Source: Clostridia bacterium
GTDB taxonomy: Bacteria; Bacillota; Clostridia; RGIG6154
Assembly: GCA_045593265.1 (NCBI GenBank)
Contig: JAZNWH010000054.1
Coordinates: 28,832-92,831, forward strand
Reading direction: 5' to 3'
Length of the DNA: 64,000 nucleotides
The position numbers and the translations under genes were made by a program. Numbering within the stretch: position 1 is the first letter of the stretch; every line of letters starts with the position of its first letter. Below are positions 39,797 to 49,247 of this stretch, piece by piece. The notes below the pieces were generated by a model that ran no database searches, had not been told where the DNA came from, and worked only from the letters and a program-made list of their open reading frames with translations.

Positions 39797-40025
39797 ATCC
39801 TATTCGCCCTGTGGGCGAATAATCCTGAAGTTTATCGCTCGTAGCTAAAAATATGCCACCGGCATATTTTCTTCACGCTCCGACAATTCTCAAAGAGATA
39901 ATTATTTATTATCAAAAATTTCAGCACTCACTTTTGTGGGTGCTGTTTTATTTTTGTTGGAAGTATTTATTTTCTGACATTTTTGTGATAATATATAATC
40001 AGTTAATCAGCAAGGGAGATTATAT

Positions 40026-40484
40026 ATGAAAAAAATGATACTATTAATTCTTTCTTTGTTTTTGGTATTCGGGATAGTAGTCTACAATATTATTAAGCCT
40101 GAAAAACAATCTGTTTCAAGTGGAGTTTCAAATTCAGATGTTGAAGGAGTTTTCATTGAAATTGAAGGTATATATACATACTCTGACAAAACAACTTTAG
40201 CTGTTAAGTGGATTAACAACACTGAGTTTCCACTTACATATGGGGAAATGTACTCTATTGAACGATTGGAAAACGGTGAATGGAAAGATTGTTCTCTCAG
40301 AGATAACATTTTTATATTATTAGGATACTTGCTGCAACCAAATGAAACGATAAATAAAGAGTATCTGATTACTGACAGGTTTGATATAAGTAAACCTGGG
40401 ACGTATCGTTTCTGTGCTGATTGCAGTGTGGATATGCCAATACCGAAAGAATGTTTTGTATGGGCAGAATTTACAATAAAATAA
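40026..40484 (+). CDS. Hypothetical membrane-anchored or secreted protein
   Basis: 152 aa with an N-terminal transmembrane or signal segment. No motif recognised. Confidence 0.45.
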   Translation: MKKMILLILSLFLVFGIVVYNIIKPEKQSVSSGVSNSDVEGVFIEIEGIYTYSDKTTLAVKWINNTEFPLTYGEMYSIERLENGEWKDCSLRDNIFILLGYLLQPNETINKEYLITDRFDISKPGTYRFCADCSVDMPIPKECFVWAEFTIK

Positions 40485-40526
40485 AAATGAGGGAATGTAA
40501 AAAAAGTTCATATTCCCCAAAATTGA

Positions 40527-40557
40527 GGGTGTAAAAAATCTTTGATTTTTTACACCC
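40527..40557. terminator. Bidirectional terminator
   Basis: gggtgtaaaaaatc-ttt-gattttttacaccc plus ttttt. Confidence 0.8.
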
Positions 40558-40594
40558 TTTTTGCGGTTCTTGACTTTTTTACATCCCTATAAAA

Positions 40595-41107
40595 TTATAA
40601 TACCAATGATGGAGCTGAATAAATTCTTGTGGCATATTCTGCATCAAGAGAATATAAGCCTTTTGAATCATTGCCGAAAAGTTCCATTTTCTTAATCATG
40701 TCGTCGGCGTTTTTCTCTTCCTCAAGCTGTTCTTTAACAAACCAGTCCAGAAACTGCATTGTTCTGAAATCTTTAACATCATATGCAGCAGCATAAATGT
40801 CATTTATAAGGCTTGTTACATATTTTTCATGTTCAAGACCTGCAACAAGTGGGTCCATAAGAACTTTAAGCTCCTTGTCCGGCTTGTCAATTGCGCCAAG
40901 CTCTACCTTTTCACCACACATCTGTAAGTACTTTAAAAAGAGCATTGCATGGTCTCTTTCTTCCTGAGCCTGAATCATATACCAGTTAGCAAAACCATCA
41001 AGCCCCTCTGCTTCATAAAAAACAGAAAAATCAAGATATAAATATGCCGAATACAATTCCTTTGTTATTTGTTCGTTAAGTAATTTTGAAACCTTTGAGT
41101 CTAACAT
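40595..41107 (-). CDS. ftnA: Ferritin (non-haem, Ftn type)
   Basis: LNEQITKELYSAYLYLDFSVFYEAEGLDGFANWYMIQAQEERDHAMLF. The start is taken at MLDSKV, which has the RBS aaaggagg. Confidence 0.85.
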   Translation of the reverse strand: MLDSKVSKLLNEQITKELYSAYLYLDFSVFYEAEGLDGFANWYMIQAQEERDHAMLFLKYLQMCGEKVELGAIDKPDKELKVLMDPLVAGLEHEKYVTSLINDIYAAAYDVKDFRTMQFLDWFVKEQLEEEKNADDMIKKMELFGNDSKGLYSLDAEYATRIYSAPSLVL

Positions 41108-41532
41108 TATTAAACCTCCTTTTAAATTCAAGCGTCCGGAAGGACGCCTGAACTGAATCTTACTTAAAATATCTGTTTAAAAGTCCCTCTAAGCCTTTTC
41201 CATGTCGAGCTTCGCCGCACCAAATTTTTTCGTATCATTAGACCAACTCTAACACTATGAGCACCTAACATCCATTTTGTCCGACCATTTGTCCGACAAC
41301 TTTCTACCTGAACTTTATAATACCCATACACATCTTTTCTGTATTGTTAGATGGGTTCTACTACTAAAATTCGTGTCCAAAACTGTACTCGGCAAATATT
41401 AAGCAAGTTAAGACCAATGTCTTAAACTATATTATGAACTTCTTTTTTATATTATATCACATCCCATACTTTTTTTCAAGCATAATATTATTTTAAATAG
41501 AGAGCAGCCGCACAGACTGCTCTCAATTAACT

Positions 41533-42963
41533 TTAATCCCTATAAAAAATACCATTTTTAAAGTGACCAGATGGCAAATCAATAATTTGCTCTTTTTTCT
41601 TTTTGTTATCTTCACTATTGCTATTAACGGCAACATCATTTTCGGATGGTTTAACAGCCTTGATAGCAGCACTTAATGCAGTTAAAGTGTTATTCACTTT
41701 AATATCCCTTTGAGGGTCAACCCTCATTCTACCATCCCTATCATGAATATAGTATTTCTTAGTTGTTTCGGGTTTTGAATGCCCTGCCAACTTTTGCAAA
41801 TCATCTAATGGGATATTTCCTTCCAATGCCAATTCAGTTAAGAAAGTATGCCTGAAATCATGATAAGAAAAATCAAGGTCTACCATCTCACCCTTGTCAT
41901 TTTCTATCAGGAATCGGTGCTTACCAGTTGTCTTTTCAACTCTACGAGTTGCATATTTAGTGCTATCAGATGTTAAGAACTCACCTTTGGGTTTTACATT
42001 AACGAAGTTATGTACATAAGCCTGAAAAAATTCTCCATCTTCTGTTTCAATACCTACACTACGTAGACCATTTTCGTATGCGCTACCATATCTTTCTTTA
42101 TTCTTTTCCTGCTTAGCCTTCAATTCCAACAAAAATTCACGAAGAGGTTGAGACATCGGAACTTTTCTGTCACTTGCAGTCCTTTTTAAAGAAGATAACC
42201 ACCACAACCCTTTTTCAGAGCTATATAATAACTGCTTATTGATATACACTTCATTAGAATCAAAGTCTATATCGTCCCATGTTAGTCCGAATATTTCAGA
42301 TATTCTAGCACCTGTATTTATTGCAATAACAAAAGAGGCATAGGTATTAGAAGTTTTAAGGCCACTATCAATAACAGATAACTCCTTAGCATACAGATAG
42401 CGTCCCTCTTCCTTTGGAATACCTTTTTTACGCCAATCCGCTTGCTCAGTTGCTTTAACCTTAAGCATAGGATTTTTATCTATCATATCATTTTCAAGAG
42501 CATAATCAAAAGTAACCTTCATAGCCTTGTATATACCAAAAATATATTCCTGTGAATACACAATATCCTTATGGTAATTACAATCTTCTGTACGCTCACC
42601 TTTTTTTGTTAGGAAAGCCTTGATATCACCAGGTGTTATCTTTGCAATTTTGACAGTTCCCCAATAAGGCACGATGTGATTTTTCAAAAGACTATTACGC
42701 TTCCTTATAGAGGCTTCCTTATATACACCCGAATGAGTCTTTTCTTCCCAAACCTCTACAAAAGTCCAATCCCTAGTCTTGGTCTTAACATCCTTGACCA
42801 TAACTGCCTCTAACCACTTATCACGAGCACAAGCCGCTTCGTATGGAGTATCGAAACCGCTTTCGCTATGTTTATATAGCCTACCACTTTCGTCCCTATA
42901 CTGAACCCTGTACTCAAACTTTTCACCGCGTGCTCGCACGCCTGTAGGTAATTTCTCACCCAT
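41533..42963 (-). CDS. int: Tyrosine-type site-specific integrase with an AP2-like arm-binding N-domain
   Basis: The N-terminus is GEKFEYRVQYRDESGRLYKHSESGFDTPYEAACARDKW. The C-terminus is ARISEIFGLTWDDID...HDFRHTFLT...LAGHSKPETTKKYY (R..HxxR..Y). RBS is aaggag. Confidence 0.9.
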   Translation of the reverse strand: MGEKLPTGVRARGEKFEYRVQYRDESGRLYKHSESGFDTPYEAACARDKWLEAVMVKDVKTKTRDWTFVEVWEEKTHSGVYKEASIRKRNSLLKNHIVPYWGTVKIAKITPGDIKAFLTKKGERTEDCNYHKDIVYSQEYIFGIYKAMKVTFDYALENDMIDKNPMLKVKATEQADWRKKGIPKEEGRYLYAKELSVIDSGLKTSNTYASFVIAINTGARISEIFGLTWDDIDFDSNEVYINKQLLYSSEKGLWWLSSLKRTASDRKVPMSQPLREFLLELKAKQEKNKERYGSAYENGLRSVGIETEDGEFFQAYVHNFVNVKPKGEFLTSDSTKYATRRVEKTTGKHRFLIENDKGEMVDLDFSYHDFRHTFLTELALEGNIPLDDLQKLAGHSKPETTKKYYIHDRDGRMRVDPQRDIKVNNTLTALSAAIKAVKPSENDVAVNSNSEDNKKKKEQIIDLPSGHFKNGIFYRD

Positions 42964-43299
42964 GTTAAACACTCCTTAAACTAAAATTTCCTTTTTAAGT
43001 TTGTTGAATGCTACCGTAAACAAACAACTTAGTCAAGGGGTACGCGAAAGTTTCTCCACTTTGACCAAATTCTTTTCTGCATCAGCACAACAAGATATCA
43101 CACAAATACCAACCTAAAAAGGTTATACTATTATTAAAAGTGTCCAATGCACAGTGTTAACTTGAGGCATTTCTCCGAGTTTTCAAAAAAATTATCTGCA
43201 TAAAAATGAAAAAACAGGCTAATGTCTTTACACATCAACCTGTTTACGATTGCTTAACGCATCACAATAGGTATTTCAAGTAAAATTTTACAAAAGTAA

Positions 43300-43713
43300 T
43301 TAAACCCAAAAATAGTATGAATCAAACTGACTTTCCAAGTATTTTTCATCAAATTGCAAATCATTTGGTTGTGACTCGTTGACTTCAAATATATCAGAAC
43401 GAGATACCAAAGAACGAGGGGTAGAAAACCAATCTTTTCCTTTACTAAACTTTATATAATCAGTTTGTATTTCACAAGAAAAAACAGTTTCACAATTAGC
43501 CTCTGCTAATTTACAATACCCATTAACTGACTTTGTGTAATATTTAGCAACATTGTAAAGAACTTCTGCACTACATACAACTTTGTTAAAATCACGCAAT
43601 TCAACCAACCTGCAATATGCAGCAATGGCATCAAGAACGCCTACACTCTTAACACCAGTAATACAAACACCTAAATTACTATTAGTATAATGCATAAATA
43701 CTGATTCCAACAT
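43300..43713 (-). CDS. Hypothetical protein
   Basis: 137 aa with a terminator hairpin downstream (43215-43250). No motif recognised. Confidence 0.4.
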   Translation of the reverse strand: MLESVFMHYTNSNLGVCITGVKSVGVLDAIAAYCRLVELRDFNKVVCSAEVLYNVAKYYTKSVNGYCKLAEANCETVFSCEIQTDYIKFSKGKDWFSTPRSLVSRSDIFEVNESQPNDLQFDEKYLESQFDSYYFWV

Positions 43714-43883
43714 ACATTTTCACCTCCTTAAATTAAACGCACCTTAACATGCTATATACATATAAAATACCTCTCATTTTACTATGCGAATTATTTTTTA
43801 CCTCTTGCAAATTAGCAGGTGTTATATTATAACACCATTCTCCCAATATAGTAACGTGGGGAGTGTGGGGACAGGGGGAATTA

Positions 43884-43977
43884 TTTATAAATCACTCAAA
43901 TTGTTTTATAAATAAGGTTTAAAAGTTTTATAAAACAATGCAAAAGGTTTTATAAAAGACTCAAAATCTTTTATAAA
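43884..43977. repeat. Iteron-like array: five copies of the palindrome TTTATAAA at 21-22 bp spacing
   Basis: Cores lie at 43884, 43905, 43927, 43949 and 43970. The extended unit is caaaaG(g/t)TTTTATAAAa. Confidence 0.7.
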
Positions 43978-43997
43978 ACCCCTCTGTCATTTTGATA

Positions 43998-44237
43998 TTA
44001 TTGTACACGCACTATCTCTATACCTGCAATTGGAAGTAAGATTGAATCTGTGCTAACAATTACATCGTAGGCCTCTTTGCTATTTAGGAACTCCTGCTCC
44101 GAATGTAGAGTGACAGTAACTAGCAGATTATTTGCATCCGCGTAGTCATGAAGTACCTTTAATTTTTTGGATTCTTCCACTTCATCAGAAGCCTTTAGGA
44201 AGAAAGCACAACGCCTAAAATTATTCACTTTAACCAA
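43998..44237 (-). CDS. Hypothetical small protein, co-transcribed with the resolvase
   Basis: 79 aa. Its start overlaps the resolvase stop by 8 nt. Confidence 0.4.
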   Translation of the reverse strand: MVKVNNFRRCAFFLKASDEVEESKKLKVLHDYADANNLLVTVTLHSEQEFLNSKEAYDVIVSTDSILLPIAGIEIVRVQ

Positions 44238-44922
44238 CCCTTTCTGAAATTAATTCCCGCTTATACTTATAATAAGTATTACGACTAACCCCAACTATTG
44301 CCATTAAATCCACATCACTCAAGGAACCATCGAAGTCTTTAGAAAGTTCCTGAATCTTGCTTTTAGCAACAACAGATTTTTTAACATTTAACTTTCTACC
44401 CTTTACGCCACCAACTTGTTTGCCCTCTAACTTTGCAGTTACCAGACCCTCTGCTGTTCTTTTATGCAAATCTTCCACCTCTTTGGCAGCCTGCTCGAAG
44501 GCTATCCTTATTTGTTTTTCTGCAAGTTTACGGAGATATAGATTTACCCCTTCCAAGATATAATCTACATCTTCTCCTGTAAGAGCCACCTGACGCTGAA
44601 GTGCTTCTTTATAAACATCGGTGTTAATGTGGGGCTCTTTTAAAAACACCAAAGAAATACCCTTATCATATAACTCAAAATACAAGGCAACACCCTCATC
44701 CGCATTTCTGCTCATACGACTAACAGAATCAAAAATAATTCTATCCCCAGACTTGACCACCCTTAACAACTTGTCTAATTCCTTGCGACCATAGAACTTG
44801 GTGCCTGTAAATACTTCCTGAAAAATTATTGCATCAGGGGAAACTGCCAGAATATTGCGAATTTGCCTGTCAATAGATTGCCTTTTAGTACTGATTCTTG
44901 CATAACCATAGTCTTTGCCCAT
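44230..44922 (-). CDS. Serine recombinase (resolvase/invertase family) with a C-terminal HTH
   Basis: YGYARISTKRQSIDRQ carries the catalytic Ser...IFDSVSRMSRN...C-terminal VGVSRNTYYKYKR. Confidence 0.85.
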   Translation of the reverse strand: MGKDYGYARISTKRQSIDRQIRNILAVSPDAIIFQEVFTGTKFYGRKELDKLLRVVKSGDRIIFDSVSRMSRNADEGVALYFELYDKGISLVFLKEPHINTDVYKEALQRQVALTGEDVDYILEGVNLYLRKLAEKQIRIAFEQAAKEVEDLHKRTAEGLVTAKLEGKQVGGVKGRKLNVKKSVVAKSKIQELSKDFDGSLSDVDLMAIVGVSRNTYYKYKRELISERVG

Positions 44923-44962
44923 ATAGAACACCTCCTAAAGTATTAAAACTAACGAACGCTAA

Positions 44963-45045
44963 TTTTGATACTGTATCATACCGCAAAATTCGGAGTTTGT
45001 CAGCTCGGTTTTGATACTTTTTCACACTATGTCAGTTTTGATACT
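44963..45045. promoter_or_regulatory. res-like site: three TTTTGATACT repeats, the first forming the palindrome TGATAC-T-GTATCA
   Basis: Copies lie at 44963-44972, 45009-45018 and 45036-45045. The array begins 41 nt upstream of the resolvase start. Confidence 0.5.
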
Positions 45046-45189
45046 AAAATCCTAACCGCATTGCATAAAAAGATTAAACCGAATTGCTTTTCAAGACAAT
45101 ATAAGAAACAATCCGCAAATACCAAATAATCTCTATTATCCTTTTATCACATTAACAACTTGAAAAATTAATATCAACAACAACTCCTA

Positions 45190-45223
45190 TTCAGTATATT
45201 TTCGGTGCCGAAAATATACTGAA
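45190..45223. repeat. Perfect 16-bp inverted repeat
   Basis: ttcagtatattttcgg tg ccgaaaatatactgaa. Confidence 0.8.
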
Positions 45224-45736
45224 GTATGTAAAAGAGCAATGACAGGTTCATTTTTTATAGTGTGCTTTTTCTTTATCTCAACTAAAAGAGGGGTAATCTC
45301 CATTACATATTAAAAGTAATAGTTCCAGAAAAAATTATCTAAAAAAATTTTTAAAGTTTATCAGGTACCCCCGAACACATAAAAATATATAACCTTTTTC
45401 AACTGCGATATACTAATATAAATAATCTGCTTTAACAGGTGCGAAATGTAATATCAAGTGTTCATTAAACACTATTTCATGCGGGTTGTATCACTTTAAA
45501 AGTGACGCGCTTCTGGGCAGTATTTACCCATATATCAAATAAGGGAATAATCAAGCATCGGTACATATAACACAACTATGAGAATGTTTTGATTAAAAAT
45601 TAGACTTTAAGAAAAGAAAAACCTATAATTATTCAGATTATAAAAATTAAAGCCTAATTTTTTGAATTATTATACGCACAAAAAAAGAGAGAGCATAGAC
45701 TAAATCTACATTCTCTCCGAAAATTTTAATTTTCAA

Positions 45737-46210
45737 TTATTCCTCATCAATATTGGTGGGAAGTTTACCTATTATTTCAAACAATTCCTTTTTAATAACA
45801 AATGGTTGAGTAAAGGCATCTAATACCAACCCTACAACATTTTCACGAGCCATTGCCATACTCATGGCTTCAAAGGTATGCTTTTCTACCTTGCTGAACC
45901 TACCGCCATAGTCTTCGCCCATTTGCTCACAATTAGAGAATATTGGGAAGAACAACTCATCGCCATTTTGCAAGATATCAGGCTCCATCTTAATATCATT
46001 CATAGATTGGATAACATCACCTTTTTGTGCATTAAGGAATTGTTCCGCATCTTCATTGCTTATAACAGAATTACATGGAATCCATATAAAACTATCTCTC
46101 AAGCAGCGCAACAAGGCAAACAGGTTTTGCTCTGTTCTGTCATTATTAAATTGAGCAACTAACGCCCTTAAAACATTACCGCCCTCAAGGGTTTCTCTTT
46201 TTACACCCAT
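45737..46210 (-). CDS. SseB-like domain protein (hypothetical)
   Basis: 157 aa. LFALLRCLRDSFIWIPCN...DELFFPIFSNCEQMGE resembles SseB N-domain proteins. It lies 13 nt downstream of hsdR and is followed by a terminator at about 45683-45725. Confidence 0.4.
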   Translation of the reverse strand: MGVKRETLEGGNVLRALVAQFNNDRTEQNLFALLRCLRDSFIWIPCNSVISNEDAEQFLNAQKGDVIQSMNDIKMEPDILQNGDELFFPIFSNCEQMGEDYGGRFSKVEKHTFEAMSMAMARENVVGLVLDAFTQPFVIKKELFEIIGKLPTNIDEE

Positions 46211-46223
46211 TACAAATCACCTC

Positions 46224-49200
46224 TTATACCAAGCCGAAATACTTTTCAAAGAATTTCAACATTTTATCAATAATACCCTGTTTTTTCTCGGCTCTGTTAC
46301 CACCGCCGAAGCGAGATACAGGAGGCATGAGTTTATCAATATCTGTTCCTGTAGTTTTAAGAAGCCCATCCCTGAAAGCATTATCCATAAAGCGCCTGGT
46401 CTCATCGGCCTTTAACTTTTCACCCGCAATCAACTCATCGAGGTCAGACTCCTTTTGTTCCTTAACAAACTTGAGCCAATCACGACTCACATCAGTATCG
46501 GCATTTATTGACGCAATAAAGTTATCAATAAGCTCTTTTTTAGACCTGAGTGCAAGACTTGACTTAATTGCTTTATCAATAGAAGCAAGAATTTCCTTAT
46601 CCTTACAATTAGATTTATGATATTTAGCCACAAGCATCAGTATATAATCAATATTAACCTCTACCTGCTTAACAAGTTCCATTTCAAAGACAATATCATC
46701 TTTTATACTATCCTTTTCGCCTGTAGGCTTAAACTCATTCCTTATATCAAGATATGTACCCGTATAATCCTGAAAATCAATAGGTAATAATATTTCATTA
46801 CCCGCAAACTTATCAAAGGATGAAAGTATATTCCTGAGTCTTAATATATTACCAAATAAAATTACAAAATCCTTTTTATTTTGCTCGCCTATAATTTGTT
46901 CGCTTAAAGGATATTTCTGCAGGAGTTGTGCTATACGCTCCTCATAGCCAATCTGATGCTTACCATTATCATCCTCATAGCCATAATAGTAATCCTCATA
47001 GGATTTTAAAAGCACAATACCTGTGGCATCCTTATCGCCGAACAGGGATATAGCATCTTCAGTTTCCTGTTGTAAATCTCTGAAGCACACAATATTACCA
47101 AAGGTTTTAACCGAGTTTAATATTCTGTTTGTTCTTGAGAATGCCTGAATCAACCCATGTTGCTTTAAGTTCTTATCTACCCATAAGGTATTAAGAGTAG
47201 TAGCATCAAAGCCTGTCAAGAACATATTAACAACAATCAATAGGTCAATTTCTCTCTTTTTAACCTTATCGGATAAGTCCTTATAATAATCCTGAAAGCC
47301 TTTATCGGAAGAATCAAAGTTAGTCTTAAAGGTCTTGTTGTAGTCCGCAATTACATCATCAAGAAAATCACGAGAGCTCTTATCTAATTTTTCTGTGTCA
47401 AAGCTCTCATCCTCCAAGATTCCATCGGCATTATCGGATTCATTAGGAGCAAAGGAATATATTGTAGCAAAGGTAAAATCCTTATGCATTTCCTCAACCT
47501 GCTTTTTAAACTCTAAATAATACTTTTTAGCCATTGGGATAGAACTTACTGCAAACATAGAGTTAAAGCCATTTACCCTCTGACCTTTAAGGCTATAATA
47601 AGAATTACGCTTTGTCTTTTGGTCAAAATGCTCTAATATATATTTTACAATTTCCTCAACTCTTTCGTGAGAACCCAGAACCTCCTCTGTGTTTATAGCA
47701 TGAACCTGCTTATCTGTCATACCTTCTTTTGCCGCAACAGTATTAACATAGTCAATCCTGAATGGTAGAACATTGCCATCGTTTATAGCATCAACAATAG
47801 TATAGGTGTGAAGTTTATCACCAAACGCCTGCTCGGTAGTACGCATATTAGGATTGCCACTATTTGAAGAGTTTACAGCAAAAATAGGAGTTCCTGTAAA
47901 CCCAAATATATGATAATTTTTAAACTCTTTTACAATACGAGCATGCATATCACCAAACTGACTCCTGTGACATTCATCAAATACCAATACCATGTGCTTT
48001 TGGTAAACAGGATGCCCTGAATTTCTTTTTACAAACTCGTCTAATTTCTGAATAGTAGTAACAATAATTTTAGAAGAGTCATCCTCTAACTGCTTCTGCA
48101 GCACTTTTGTGCTTTTATTACCATTTGCAGCACCTTTTTCAAATCTATCATATTCTTTTATAGTCTGATAGTCTAAATCCTTTCTGTCTACCACAAAAAG
48201 CACCTTATCAACATAGTCAAGAGAGGTAGCAAGTTGGGCAGTCTTAAAAGAAGTTAAAGTTTTACCCGAGCCAGTTGTATGCCAGATATACCCACCAGCA
48301 GACAACTCACCAGTCTTTTTATAATTTGTAGAAACTTCAATCCTGTTTAAAATACGTTCAGTTGCAACAATCTGATATGGTCTCATTACAAGCAGAAGCT
48401 CCTCGCTTGTAAATATGCAGTATTTAGTTAAGATATTAAGGATAGTATGCTTTGCAAAGAAAGTCTTTGTAAAGTCCACAAGGTCAGCAATTACCTTATT
48501 ATTACCATCCGCCCAGAACGAAGTAAACTCAAAGCTGTTGCTTGTCTTTTTACTGCTTGACTTTGAATTTTTGTTACCTTCCTTTATTGCACTATCCCTT
48601 GTGGTATTAGAATAGTATTTTGTATGTGTACCATTAGAGATAACAAAGATTTGTACATATTCATACAAACCGCAGCCAGCCCAGAAACTTTCCCTTTGAT
48701 ACCTATTTATCTGGTTAAAAGCCTCTTTTAAAGCAACGCCTCTGCGCTTTAACTCAATATGAACCAGAGGCAACCCATTAACCAGAACAGTTACATCATA
48801 CCTATTATCATGAGTTCCGCCATCTTCAACATACTGATTCAGTACCTGAAGGCTATTATTGTGAATATTCTTTTTATCAATCAGGTATATGTTTTTAGTG
48901 CTACCGTCATCACGCTTTAATACCTGAATAAAGTCCTCTTGTATTCTACGAGTTTTCTCTACAATGCCCTCATTACTATTTGAGATATTAGAGTTATAAA
49001 AGGACTCCCATTCTTTATCGCTGAACTTATAATTGTTTAACTTTTCAAGTTGTCCCCTTAAATTGCTAACCATATCATCGGCCTTATGTATTTGTATATA
49101 CTCATAGCCTTGCTCGGACAGCATTTTTATAAAAGCAGCCTCCAAAGCAGCCTCGCTCTGATAAGCATCAGAACGCTGCTTCTGTGGCTCATATTCAGTA

Positions 49201-49247
49201 ACAACAGTACTTTCAGAAGTCGAAAGAATTATATTATATTGGCTCAT
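46224..49247 (-). CDS. hsdR: Type I restriction enzyme, R subunit
   Basis: 1007 aa. Has an N-terminal nuclease region (VLVNGLPLVHIELKRRG) and SF2 helicase motifs (HTTGSGKT, VFDECHRSQ, FTGTP, QAFSRTNR). Confidence 0.95.
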   Translation of the reverse strand: MSQYNIILSTSESTVVTEYEPQKQRSDAYQSEAALEAAFIKMLSEQGYEYIQIHKADDMVSNLRGQLEKLNNYKFSDKEWESFYNSNISNSNEGIVEKTRRIQEDFIQVLKRDDGSTKNIYLIDKKNIHNNSLQVLNQYVEDGGTHDNRYDVTVLVNGLPLVHIELKRRGVALKEAFNQINRYQRESFWAGCGLYEYVQIFVISNGTHTKYYSNTTRDSAIKEGNKNSKSSSKKTSNSFEFTSFWADGNNKVIADLVDFTKTFFAKHTILNILTKYCIFTSEELLLVMRPYQIVATERILNRIEVSTNYKKTGELSAGGYIWHTTGSGKTLTSFKTAQLATSLDYVDKVLFVVDRKDLDYQTIKEYDRFEKGAANGNKSTKVLQKQLEDDSSKIIVTTIQKLDEFVKRNSGHPVYQKHMVLVFDECHRSQFGDMHARIVKEFKNYHIFGFTGTPIFAVNSSNSGNPNMRTTEQAFGDKLHTYTIVDAINDGNVLPFRIDYVNTVAAKEGMTDKQVHAINTEEVLGSHERVEEIVKYILEHFDQKTKRNSYYSLKGQRVNGFNSMFAVSSIPMAKKYYLEFKKQVEEMHKDFTFATIYSFAPNESDNADGILEDESFDTEKLDKSSRDFLDDVIADYNKTFKTNFDSSDKGFQDYYKDLSDKVKKREIDLLIVVNMFLTGFDATTLNTLWVDKNLKQHGLIQAFSRTNRILNSVKTFGNIVCFRDLQQETEDAISLFGDKDATGIVLLKSYEDYYYGYEDDNGKHQIGYEERIAQLLQKYPLSEQIIGEQNKKDFVILFGNILRLRNILSSFDKFAGNEILLPIDFQDYTGTYLDIRNEFKPTGEKDSIKDDIVFEMELVKQVEVNIDYILMLVAKYHKSNCKDKEILASIDKAIKSSLALRSKKELIDNFIASINADTDVSRDWLKFVKEQKESDLDELIAGEKLKADETRRFMDNAFRDGLLKTTGTDIDKLMPPVSRFGGGNRAEKKQGIIDKMLKFFEKYFGLV

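Noticed and set aside
41132-41300. A possible tRNA or tmRNA fragment serving as the integration target next to the integrase.
   Set aside because: I could not find a T-loop (GGTTCGAATCC-like) or an acceptor-stem pattern on either strand. The hairpin gcgtccggaaggacgc sits in the ferritin 5' region.
43884-43977. Whether the TTTATAAA array or the 12-bp hsdS repeat (51173..51208) could be a CRISPR array.
   Set aside because: The repeat units are 8-12 bp with a 12-22 bp period. There are no 25-40-bp repeats, no unique spacers, and no cas genes in the window.
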